From: an uncultured Chthoniobacteraceae bacterium
GTDB taxonomy: Bacteria > Verrucomicrobiota > Verrucomicrobiia > Chthoniobacterales > DYNR01
Reading direction: 5' to 3'
DNA: 64,000 nucleotides
NCBI GenBank assembly: GCA_964595865.1
Contig: CAZQRL010000003.1
Location: 174,083 to 238,082 of the forward strand
Positions 51,531-60,246 of this stretch are shown here, in pieces. A model generated the notes under the pieces. That model did no database searches and was not told the DNA's origin. It saw nothing but the letters and a program-made list of their open reading frames with translations. The position numbers were made by a program, and so were the translations under genes. How positions within the stretch are numbered: the first letter of the stretch is position 1; each line of letters begins with the position of its first letter.

Positions 51531-51552
51531 GCGCAGGCTGAATCCTGCGTGA
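51531..51552 (+). terminator. weak hairpin after the photolyase gene (CGCGCAGG-CTGAAT-CCTGCGTG)
   Basis: An 8-bp stem including one G-U pair, 10 nt after the stop. Only a short ATTT follows, so it is not a canonical intrinsic terminator. Confidence 0.25.
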
Positions 51553-51852
51553 TTTGCGAGGCGCTGGCCTGGGAGGCGTGCGCCTGGCTTAAAGGGCCAT
51601 CAGTCGTGCCTCCGCCGAGCAGAGGTGGAACGAGGGCGAGAATCGCGAGGGATTGGGCGGAGGGGCTTGCATGGTAAGAAGGTGGATCGGGTGGTGTGTT
51701 CCGAGCGGAGCAGGCGGGCTACGGAGTGGCGAGGAGATTGAAGGTTTTTTCGGCGGCCAGCGGATGCGATCCGGCAAAAAGCATTGTTTCCATGGGCCGC
51801 AGGTTCTAGCTCTGAGGGTGCGCTTTCTCGGCGTAACAATCTCTAAAATCTT

Positions 51853-54800
51853 ATGCCACACCTCCGCCGCTTTACCCGTTCAGCTCTTCGCTGGTCTCTT
51901 CCTCTCTGGCTCCTCGTGGCGTTGGGCTCCTCGGTTGGGAGAGCCGAGAATGGCAACGACTCGACTCCCGATGCGTGGCGTGAGGGTGCAGTGCCAGAGC
52001 CCTTGCGGAAGTGGATTCCTTGGGCACTGTGGGAAAAAGCGGGCTCTTTGGCGGCGCCGCCGATCTTCAATCACCCGCAGGAACGTTGGGGGCTCTGGAC
52101 TTCCGGGCTCACGCTTGTGGCCAGAAATGATGGCGCGGATTTCACGCTGCAAGTGCGGAATTTTCAGGCGGGCTGGGTAGGCTTGCCAGGGGGAAGCCAA
52201 CCGGGACAGGTCTGGCCGCAGAGTGTGCGGGTGGAGAAGGAAGCGGGAATGGGTATCGCGCCTTTAGCCGGGGTGCCTCCATCCCAAAGGACGGATTCCG
52301 CCGTGGTTCTGGAGCGCGAGGGGCGTCCCGTCGTCTGGCTGGGAGCTGGGAGCTGGAAAGTCACGGGGCGGTTGGTCTGGGCCGGGCTGCCAGAGTGGGT
52401 ATTGGTGCCCGCAGATGCGGGAATTTTGCGGGTGGAGGTTCTTGGGCGCGAGCTGACTCTCCCGATGCTGGATGGGGAAGGCAAGCTTTGGCTGCTGCAA
52501 GAACCTCCGGCGGAGCTGGCGGCGGAAAATTTCCTCGGGCTGAAGGCCTATGGGTTGCTGGAGGATGGATCGCCGTTGTGGTTGCGGCTGGAGCTGGAAC
52601 TCACGGTGGCGGGCGAAACCCGAGGGGAAAATCTTGGACGGGTGCTGCCGGAGGGCTGGCGTTTGGCGGCCGTGGAGTCGCCCATCCCGTTCGTGCTTGA
52701 TCCCAGCGGAGAGGCCTTGGCGCGGGTGAAGCCCGGGCGCTGGGTCGTGCGGGTCTCGGCTTTTCGCTCGGATAATCCGCAGGAGCTGCTCTTTCCTGCG
52801 GGGGCGAAGTTTTCCGATTGGCTTGTCGGGTGGCGGGCGAAGCCCGATTTCCGCAGTGTGGAAATCGAGGGAGGCATTGCCGTGGATGCGCAGCAGACCA
52901 CGTATCCGGAGCCGTGGAGAGATGGGCCGGTGTATCGTTGGGAAAAGGGCGCGACCTTGCGTTTGGTGGAGCGTCTGCGTGGTCCGGGTGAGGGGGCAGC
53001 AGCCGGGTTGGCGATTTCCCGCGATTGGTGGCTGGGCGAAGATGGGCGTGAGCTGATCTTCCGCGACGAAATCCAGGGGACGGCGCAGCGTCTTTGGCGC
53101 TTGGATGCCGCTCCCGGTCAGGAGCCCGGGGCGGTGAGGGAAAATGGAGCCGGTCTGCTTCTTACCCGCAACCCACTGACCGGACTCCCGGGCGTGGAAA
53201 TCCGCCAGCCGGATTTCCAGCTCCAAGCCACCGGGACGATGAAACGCAGCGCGAAACTGGCCGCCAGTGGCTGGCAGGCCAATGCCGATAGCTTGGAGAT
53301 CCGCTTGCATTTGCCGCCAGGGTGGCGGGCTTTGGCGCTTTGGGGGCCGGATCAAGTCGAAGGCGAATGGATCACCCAATGGTCATTACTCGATTTGTTT
53401 CTGGTGCTGGTGTTTGTCCTGGCGGTCTTCCGGCTCTACGGCCTGGGAGCTGCGGTTCTGGCGTTGTTGGCGTTGGTGCTTTCCTATCACGAACCGGGTG
53501 CGCCACGGTTTGCCTGGTTGGCTTTGTTGGCCCCCCTGGCGTTGCTCGGCTTGGTGCAACATGCCCGGGTGCGGCTTTGGTTGCGGGCCTGGAAGTGGGT
53601 TTCAGCTCTGGTTTTGCTGGCGGTCTTGGTGCCGTTTCTTGCGCGGCAGGTGCAGCAGACGCTCTTTCCGCAACTGGAGTTTCCCGGCCGTGGTGGCTCC
53701 TCGCTTTGGGGTGGGGCTGATGGGGCGGCAGAGCCGGTTTCCTCGGGGGAGAGTGGAAGGTTGCGGCGGCAGGTGATGCCCCCGATGGCTGCGCCTGCGG
53801 AAATGGCCCTGGCCGATGCGGTGCGGGAGTATTCCTCCGCGTGGGGTGGCAAAGTGGCGCCAGCAGCGGAGAATGAGGTGAATCTGGCCTTCGATCCGAA
53901 GGCGCGGATTCAGACCGGACCGGGGATTCCCAACTGGTCTTGGCGGACGGTTTTTCTGCGCTGGAGTGGGCCACTGGGGCCGGAGGCGACGCTGGAGCCG
54001 GTGCTCATTCCGCCGGGAGTGGAACGGATCTTGGGAGTTTTGCGGGTGCTTTTGGGAGTTGCTTTGGCGGGTTGGCTCTTGCGGGTGCCGGTGCGGCTGC
54101 GTTCGGAGCCCTCGGCGGGCGGTGGGGGTGGATGGTCCGCGGCCACAGCCGCGCTGCTCGTCGGGGCCTTGCTTCTTGCCGCGGGCTCGGCCGCTCGAGC
54201 GGAATCCTTCCCGCCCCCGGAGCTATTGCAGACTTTGCAAGACCGCTTGCTGGAACCCGGTGAGGCCTTTCCCCAAGCGGCGGAAATCCCCCTGGCCAAG
54301 CTCACCGTGGCAGGACGACAGCTTACCGCCGAACTCGAAGTGCATACCGTAGCTGTCGTCGCGGTGCCCTTACCCGGGCGGCTGCCGGATTGGTCGCCGG
54401 TTCGCATCGAGGTCTCGGGCGAGGCCCTGCCTGCGCTGCGTCGGCACGATGGGTTTATCTGGGTGGCGTTGCCGCCGGGTGTGCATCGAGTGCGTTTGCA
54501 AGGGCTGCTTCCGGAAGTGTCGGAGTGGGCTTGGTCTTATGTCCTGCGGCCCAAGCGGGTGGAGGTCAGCGCTCCGGGCTGGACGGTTAGCGGCTTGCGT
54601 CCGGATGGGGTGCCAGAGAGCCAGCTCCTTTTGGTGCGCGAACGGGCGGAGGAGGCCCCTGGGGATGTAGAGACAAACTTTGATCGGCAGCCATGGGAAA
54701 ATTTGGTGCAAGTGCGGCGAACGCTGGAGCTCGGCTTGCAATGGCGGGTGCGAACGGAAGTGCTGCGGCTCACGCCCACAGGTCGGGCCTTCGCTCTGCG

Positions 54801-56076
54801 ATTGCCTTTATTACCCGGAGAAAATCTCCTCACGGGGCAGTTGCAAACCGGGATGGAGTCTGGGCAGCGATGGGTGGAGGTGAACTTTGCTGCTGGACAT
54901 CAGCAGCTCGCTTGGGAGGGAGAGTTGCCGCAAACTCCCGCAATCACCCTGCAAGCCGCCAAGACCTCTGCGTGGGTGGAGTTTTGGCAGGTGCGAGTCT
55001 CCCCGGTATGGAACTTGCGGCTGGCTGGCTTGCCCCCGGTTTTTTCCAGCAATACTTCGGAGCTTTTGCCGACGTGGTTTCCTTGGCCGGGTGAAGAAGT
55101 GCAACTTTCCCTGGAGCGGCCAGAGGCTCTTCCTGGAGCGACGCTCACGGTGGATCGCGTGAGCTACGCGGTTAGCCCCGGTCCGCGGCAGAGTCTGGGA
55201 AGGCTGGAAGGCCACTTGCGGGCCAGCTTGGCCGACACCTTGGCGGTTAATTTGCCCGCGGGGGTGGAGGTCACGGAGGTGCGGGTCGCCGGGGAACTGC
55301 TGCCGGTGCGTATGGAGGAGCAGGCGCTGCTTCTACCGATTCGCCCGGGTGAACAAGATTGGCAAGTCGGTTGGCGCCTGAGTGAGGGTTTGGGCCTTCG
55401 CACTGCGGCTCCGCCGGTGAAGCTATCGGCTGCTCCGACCAACGTGGATGTGCAAATGGAGGTTCCCGCGGACCGTTGGGTGCTCTGGACTACGGGACCG
55501 CTGCGGGGGCCGGCCGTGCGGTTTTGGACTGTCTTGGCGGCAGCCTTGCTGGCGGCTGGGGTCTTAGCCCGGGTGAGAAACTCTCCCTTGCGCTTTTGGG
55601 AGTGGGTGCTGCTGGCTTTGGGACTCACCCAAGCCTCGCTTCCGGTGGCAGGTCTGATTGTGGCTTGGCTTTTTCTCCTGGCTTGGCGGGGGCAATCCAG
55701 TTTCCAAAGTCTGCCGCGCTGGGCTTACAACCTCCTGCAAATCCTGCTCATCCTTGCCTCTCCGCTGGCATTGCTGGCGCTGCTCTGGGTGGTGGCGGCT
55801 GGGCTTTTGGGAGATCCGCAAATGTTCATTACGGGCTGGGGTTCGACTCCGCAACGACTCAACTGGTTTGTTTCGCCCGGAGCGGCTGAATTACCCGCAG
55901 TGACCTTCTACTCGGTTTCTCTGTGGTGGTATCGCCTGGCGATGCTCCTCTGGGCTTTGTGGTTGGCCATTGCCGTGTTGCGTTGGTTGCAGATTGGCTG
56001 GCGCAATTTGCTCAGCGGAGGCTTCTGGCGCCCAGCAGCTGCCAAGCCCCCCAAGCTGCCGACGGCAGGAGCGTAA
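51853..56076 (+). CDS. 1407-aa uncharacterised bipartite envelope protein (two repeats of signal-like segment, large extracytoplasmic region, TM cluster)
   Basis: N-terminal signal LWLLVALGSSVGRAEN and ~480 aa without TM segments, then a TM cluster (aa ~510-600). An internal signal-like AALLVGALLLAAGSAARAES (nt 54133-54204) and ~440 aa without TM segments, then a C-terminal TM cluster. I recognise no family motif. Confidence 0.7.
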   Translation: MPHLRRFTRSALRWSLPLWLLVALGSSVGRAENGNDSTPDAWREGAVPEPLRKWIPWALWEKAGSLAAPPIFNHPQERWGLWTSGLTLVARNDGADFTLQVRNFQAGWVGLPGGSQPGQVWPQSVRVEKEAGMGIAPLAGVPPSQRTDSAVVLEREGRPVVWLGAGSWKVTGRLVWAGLPEWVLVPADAGILRVEVLGRELTLPMLDGEGKLWLLQEPPAELAAENFLGLKAYGLLEDGSPLWLRLELELTVAGETRGENLGRVLPEGWRLAAVESPIPFVLDPSGEALARVKPGRWVVRVSAFRSDNPQELLFPAGAKFSDWLVGWRAKPDFRSVEIEGGIAVDAQQTTYPEPWRDGPVYRWEKGATLRLVERLRGPGEGAAAGLAISRDWWLGEDGRELIFRDEIQGTAQRLWRLDAAPGQEPGAVRENGAGLLLTRNPLTGLPGVEIRQPDFQLQATGTMKRSAKLAASGWQANADSLEIRLHLPPGWRALALWGPDQVEGEWITQWSLLDLFLVLVFVLAVFRLYGLGAAVLALLALVLSYHEPGAPRFAWLALLAPLALLGLVQHARVRLWLRAWKWVSALVLLAVLVPFLARQVQQTLFPQLEFPGRGGSSLWGGADGAAEPVSSGESGRLRRQVMPPMAAPAEMALADAVREYSSAWGGKVAPAAENEVNLAFDPKARIQTGPGIPNWSWRTVFLRWSGPLGPEATLEPVLIPPGVERILGVLRVLLGVALAGWLLRVPVRLRSEPSAGGGGGWSAATAALLVGALLLAAGSAARAESFPPPELLQTLQDRLLEPGEAFPQAAEIPLAKLTVAGRQLTAELEVHTVAVVAVPLPGRLPDWSPVRIEVSGEALPALRRHDGFIWVALPPGVHRVRLQGLLPEVSEWAWSYVLRPKRVEVSAPGWTVSGLRPDGVPESQLLLVRERAEEAPGDVETNFDRQPWENLVQVRRTLELGLQWRVRTEVLRLTPTGRAFALRLPLLPGENLLTGQLQTGMESGQRWVEVNFAAGHQQLAWEGELPQTPAITLQAAKTSAWVEFWQVRVSPVWNLRLAGLPPVFSSNTSELLPTWFPWPGEEVQLSLERPEALPGATLTVDRVSYAVSPGPRQSLGRLEGHLRASLADTLAVNLPAGVEVTEVRVAGELLPVRMEEQALLLPIRPGEQDWQVGWRLSEGLGLRTAAPPVKLSAAPTNVDVQMEVPADRWVLWTTGPLRGPAVRFWTVLAAALLAAGVLARVRNSPLRFWEWVLLALGLTQASLPVAGLIVAWLFLLAWRGQSSFQSLPRWAYNLLQILLILASPLALLALLWVVAAGLLGDPQMFITGWGSTPQRLNWFVSPGAAELPAVTFYSVSLWWYRLAMLLWALWLAIAVLRWLQIGWRNLLSGGFWRPAAAKPPKLPTAGA

Positions 56077-56086
56077 CCGCGCGGGC

Positions 56087-58204
56087 TCAGGCTAGCGTCC
56101 GGCGTTGAGCGGCCTTCTGGAGGGTTTGGCGCAGGGCCAAAAGTTGGATGGGTTTGTTTAAGTAATCATCCATGCCGACTTGGAAGCAGCGTTCGCGATC
56201 GGCGGGGAAGATATTGGCCGTAAGGGCGGCAATGAAAGCCCGGTGCGTTGCTGCTGCAGCGCTTTCCCGGGCGCGCAGTTGCCGGGTGGCTTCAATGCCA
56301 TCGAGTTCGGGCATGTGTAGATCCATGAGAATGCAATCCATGGGCTGGGTCTGGCAGAGCGCCAAGGCGGCGGCACCATTTTCCGCGGCGAGGGGTTGGT
56401 AGCCGAGTTTTTCCAAGAGGGTAAGGAGCAGTTTGCGATTCACTCGGTCATCTTCCACGACGAGGATCTTCAGAGGATACTGCGCGGCAAAGGAAGGTTC
56501 GATGCGGGCCGGGGTGATGGGGATTTTCGGCGGCCGGGCCTGCTCTGGCGCGGGCAGTTGCAGGTGGAGAATGAACTCTGTGCCGCGGCCGAGCTCGCTG
56601 CTGAGATCCAGACGCCCTCCCATTAAATCCGCTAGCCGACGACAGATGGCCAAGCCCAGCCCGGTGCCTCCGTGGCGGCGGGAAATACTCGCATCGGCTT
56701 GGGTGAAGGGCTGGAAGATCCGCTCGACCTCGGTGGGGGCGATCCCGGGGCCCGTATCGCGAACAAAAAACTCCTGCCCCGCGCCATCCGGGGCGCTGCG
56801 CCAGCCGAAGGTGACGGTGCCGCTTTCGGTGAATTTGATCGCGTTGCCGACGAGGTTGAGCAGGACTTGCCGCAGCCGACCAGCATCGCCGACTAACTGT
56901 TCGGGCGCATCGTGTGGCAAGGAGAGCTCCAGGCGCAGTCCTTTGGCGGCGGCTTCCGCAGCAAAGCTATGGCGAATTTCGGCAAACACTTCTCCTGGTG
57001 AGAAAGGAGCCGCCACGGTCTGCATGCGCCCTGCTTCCAGTTGGCTGAAATCCAGGACGTCATCAATGATGCGCAGCAGGGACTGGCCGCTGGAGTGAAT
57101 GATGCCAATTAACTCCCGACATTCCTCGGGCAGCTCGCAATTTTGGCTGAGCAACTCGGAGAACCCCAGGATGCTATTGAGCGGGGTGCGAATTTCGTGA
57201 CTCATCACCGCGAGGAATTCGCTTTTGGCCCGGTCGCCTGCGAGGGCCTTCTCAGCCAGGACTTGTTCTCGAGCCAAAGCCTCCGAGAGGCGTTTCTCGC
57301 GTTCTTTTTGCTCGGTAATGTCCCGCTGGATGCCGACAAAGTGGGTGATCTCGCCTTCGGCATTGCGGATGGGTGCGATGTGCCACTCCACGTGATAGGG
57401 CGTGCGATCTTTGCGATAGTTGATGGTGCTGCCACGGAAGGGCAGTCCCGCTTCGAGGTGCTTTCGCAGCTCTGCAAGCACCGCGTGATTGGTATCGGGC
57501 CCCTGCAAAATCCGGGGAGTCTTTCCGAGAACTTCTTCCGCTGGGTAGCCCGTGAGGGTGCAGAAGGCTGGATTGACAAAAACGATTTTCGGTCCCGGTA
57601 GATCGAGTTGGGCGTCGGTGATGAGAATGGCTTCGCTGGCTTGCAAGACGGCCGATTGGAAGAGATGCGAGGCCGCTTCGGCTTTTTTCCGCGCGGCGAT
57701 GTCTTCTTCCAACTGGCGGTTGGTTTCCTCGAGCTCCAGAGCCTTTTGTTCCAGCTTGCGCACCAAAGTCTGGTTGTAAACGAGCAGCAAGTCGTTTTCC
57801 CCAGCCGCTGGGGGGGGAGGATGTGGGGAACAATGGCGGTCCAGGCGGAAGGACTCTTCGAGCCAACGGAGAATCACCTCCGGCTCGGCGGGTTTGAGCA
57901 AATAGGCATCAGCTCCCAAATGCAGAGCCAGCTTCTCATCCTCCGGATCGGTGTAGGTGGCGGTGAAAACCAGGAAAGGGATCGGGGCCAAGTCGGGATC
58001 AGCCCGCCAATGGCGCAGGAGCGTGAACCCATCCATGACTGGCATCAGCAGGTCGGAAATGACCACCTCGGGCGGGGACTGGCGCGCTTTTTCCAGAGCT
58101 TCGGCCCCATGGCGGGCAATCGTAACCGTATGCCCGTTCCCCTCCAAGAGCACGGTGAGCAGATACACCGTCTCGGGATGGTCATCCACCAGGAGAATTT
58201 TCAT
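56087..58204 (-). CDS. hybrid sensor histidine kinase/response regulator (REC-PAS-HisKA-HATPase-REC)
   Basis: ORF 56087..58318. The ATG at 58204 (MKILLVDDHPE) forms an ATGA overlap with the upstream RR. H-box HEIRTPLNSILGF, GTGLGLAICRRL, and receiver Asp contexts ISDLLMPVMDG and ILMDLHMPELDG. Confidence 0.85.
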   Translation of the reverse strand: MKILLVDDHPETVYLLTVLLEGNGHTVTIARHGAEALEKARQSPPEVVISDLLMPVMDGFTLLRHWRADPDLAPIPFLVFTATYTDPEDEKLALHLGADAYLLKPAEPEVILRWLEESFRLDRHCSPHPPPPAAGENDLLLVYNQTLVRKLEQKALELEETNRQLEEDIAARKKAEAASHLFQSAVLQASEAILITDAQLDLPGPKIVFVNPAFCTLTGYPAEEVLGKTPRILQGPDTNHAVLAELRKHLEAGLPFRGSTINYRKDRTPYHVEWHIAPIRNAEGEITHFVGIQRDITEQKEREKRLSEALAREQVLAEKALAGDRAKSEFLAVMSHEIRTPLNSILGFSELLSQNCELPEECRELIGIIHSSGQSLLRIIDDVLDFSQLEAGRMQTVAAPFSPGEVFAEIRHSFAAEAAAKGLRLELSLPHDAPEQLVGDAGRLRQVLLNLVGNAIKFTESGTVTFGWRSAPDGAGQEFFVRDTGPGIAPTEVERIFQPFTQADASISRRHGGTGLGLAICRRLADLMGGRLDLSSELGRGTEFILHLQLPAPEQARPPKIPITPARIEPSFAAQYPLKILVVEDDRVNRKLLLTLLEKLGYQPLAAENGAAALALCQTQPMDCILMDLHMPELDGIEATRQLRARESAAAATHRAFIAALTANIFPADRERCFQVGMDDYLNKPIQLLALRQTLQKAAQRRTLA

Positions 58205-58599
58205 GGGGCTGAGCTGGAGCGTTCCGTGCAGTGGGGGAGGTGGGAGCGCACCTCGTTGACGAAGGATTCTGGGTTGATCGGTTTTTCGATGTAGCCGTTG
58301 CAGCCGGCATCGAGGCACTTCTCGCGGTCACCAACCATGGCGTAGGAAGTGACGGCCACGATGGGCGTGGACTGGGTCTGAGGCATCTCGCGCAAAGCGC
58401 GGGAGACGGCGTGTCCATCCATTCCTGGGAGTTGGATATCCAGGAGGATCAGGTCCGGCCGATGTTCGCCAGCCAGCGCGAGGCCCTGTGGTCCATCGCT
58501 GGCGCAGATCACCTGGCAGCCATTCTGTTCCAGCAAGAAAGTGGCCAGGTAGCGGTTTTGTTCGTTGTCCTCAATAAGTAGAATCTTGGGGGTGGTCAT
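58201..58599 (-). CDS. single-domain (CheY-like) response regulator
   Basis: 132 aa: KILLIEDNEQN...DLILLDIQLPGMDG...VAVTSYAM...GYIEKP. Confidence 0.9.
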   Translation of the reverse strand: MTTPKILLIEDNEQNRYLATFLLEQNGCQVICASDGPQGLALAGEHRPDLILLDIQLPGMDGHAVSRALREMPQTQSTPIVAVTSYAMVGDREKCLDAGCNGYIEKPINPESFVNEVRSHLPHCTERSSSAP

Positions 58600-60104
58600 G
58601 GCGGGGAAACGGGCAAGATGAGGGTGAAGCGACTTCCGCGGCGCGGCTCGCTCTCCACCGAGATACTGCCGCCCAGTAGGCTAGCCAAACGATGGCAGAT
58701 GGCAAGTCCGAGCCCGGTGCCCTCATGCTGTCGGGTCAACCCGGAGTCGAGTTGGTGGAAGGGTTGGAAGAGATGCGGGAGGTCGCTGGCGGCAATGCCC
58801 AAGCCCGTGTCTTCCACTGTGATGAGAACCTGCTCCCGGGCGGCGGAGGATGTGGGCTCGGGCAGGGTTCTGCTGGCACGCAAAGATACCGTGCCAGTCT
58901 CGGTAAACTTTACGGCATTGCTCAGCAGATTGAGGAGGATCTGCTCAAAGCGCCGCCGATCGGTCTGAATGACCCCCAACTCGGCCGGGATATGCACTTC
59001 GAGCTGCAGATTTTTTTTCACGGCGAAGGGTCGGATGGTCTCAGAGACCCGTTGCAGGGATTGGCAAAGATCCAGAGCGTGAAAGCGCACTTCGAGTTGC
59101 CCGGCTTCGATTTTCGAGATGTCGAGGACATCATTGATGAGGTCAAGAAGGTGGCGCGCGCTCGAGCGCACCATCTCCAATTGCTTTTCCTGCTCCGCCG
59201 TCAGAGGACCCGCCAACCGCTGCAGAATCACTCCAGTAAAGCCGAGGATGGAATTGAGGGGAGTGCGGAGTTCATGCGACATAGTTGCGAGGAAGGCCGA
59301 TTTGAGTTGGTCGGCGGATTCCGCCCGGGAGAGAGCCGAGGCCAGCTGCTCGGTGCGGGCGGCCACCAGGCGCTCCAGGTTTTGATTGAGTTCCCGCAGC
59401 TCTTCCTCAATGCGCTGACGGGCCTGCGCCTCGGCGCGGTGGGCAGAAAGATCCAATCCCATGCCAATGAGACACGGTCCACCATCAAATTCCACCCGCC
59501 GACCATTGAAGAAAAAGGGCAGGGCCTCGCCCTCCCGGGTAAGCAGGTGCGCTTCGATGGAAGAATCCCCATGGGTGAATACCTCACGGATGCTGGCCTG
59601 CACGGCTTCCCGATCTTGGGGCGCAATCAACTCGAGGGGCTGGAGGCGCGCGATTTCCTCGCCTGAGCGTCCAGTGATGATTTCCAGGTTGCGATTCCAG
59701 CGCAGGAACGTGCCGTGATCGTCGAAGACATAGAGCACTCCGGGGGTGGCCTCGATCATGGTGGCGGAAAAGCGCCGTTCATTTTCTGCCTGCGTTTCGG
59801 CGCGGATTTGCTCGATCCGACGCTCATAGCTATCGGCGACTGCTCCGTAGGCCCAGCGCATGAGCAGCAGCAACAGCAGAGAGGTTACGAGGACGAAAAG
59901 CAGGCCCTTGAAGACGCTTAGATGCACCCAGGTTTCCGCTTCGTCGGCAAACCAGAGCAGCGCGTGGTCGGAAAAAAGAATCCAGGCTCCGGCGAAGGAG
60001 GCGTAGATCAGCGTGATGGCCAGAGCGCGGGGAAAAACCCGAGCGCGTAAGGGAGGGCCTAGAGGGGAGAGGGTCTGGTTATGCTCGGCAGAGGAGGTGC
60101 TCAT
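58596..60104 (-). CDS. membrane-bound PAS sensor histidine kinase
   Basis: 502 aa with two N-terminal TM segments, a PAS domain, H-box HELRTPLNSILGF and GTGLGLAICHRL. Its stop overlaps the RR start (ATGA). Confidence 0.85.
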   Translation of the reverse strand: MSTSSAEHNQTLSPLGPPLRARVFPRALAITLIYASFAGAWILFSDHALLWFADEAETWVHLSVFKGLLFVLVTSLLLLLLMRWAYGAVADSYERRIEQIRAETQAENERRFSATMIEATPGVLYVFDDHGTFLRWNRNLEIITGRSGEEIARLQPLELIAPQDREAVQASIREVFTHGDSSIEAHLLTREGEALPFFFNGRRVEFDGGPCLIGMGLDLSAHRAEAQARQRIEEELRELNQNLERLVAARTEQLASALSRAESADQLKSAFLATMSHELRTPLNSILGFTGVILQRLAGPLTAEQEKQLEMVRSSARHLLDLINDVLDISKIEAGQLEVRFHALDLCQSLQRVSETIRPFAVKKNLQLEVHIPAELGVIQTDRRRFEQILLNLLSNAVKFTETGTVSLRASRTLPEPTSSAAREQVLITVEDTGLGIAASDLPHLFQPFHQLDSGLTRQHEGTGLGLAICHRLASLLGGSISVESEPRRGSRFTLILPVSPP

Positions 60105-60246
60105 GCTGGGAAAAGTCTCCCGCGCAGCATAGCGATTGCCAGTCGGCTAGCGAGCTGGAATGGCTCTCCGAGCAAAATATCCCTGGTCGTCCACTGACAG
60201 AAAACCGGTCCTTTTTCCCTTGAACCCGCCGACGCTCTTCCCAAAG

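Noticed and set aside
48541-51552. tRNA-Tyr as an integration site, which would make the photolyase trio an island bounded by a repeat of the tRNA 3' end.
   Set aside because: The best downstream match to the tRNA 3' end is only 8 nt (GAATCCTG at 51541). No integrase or other mobility gene is present.
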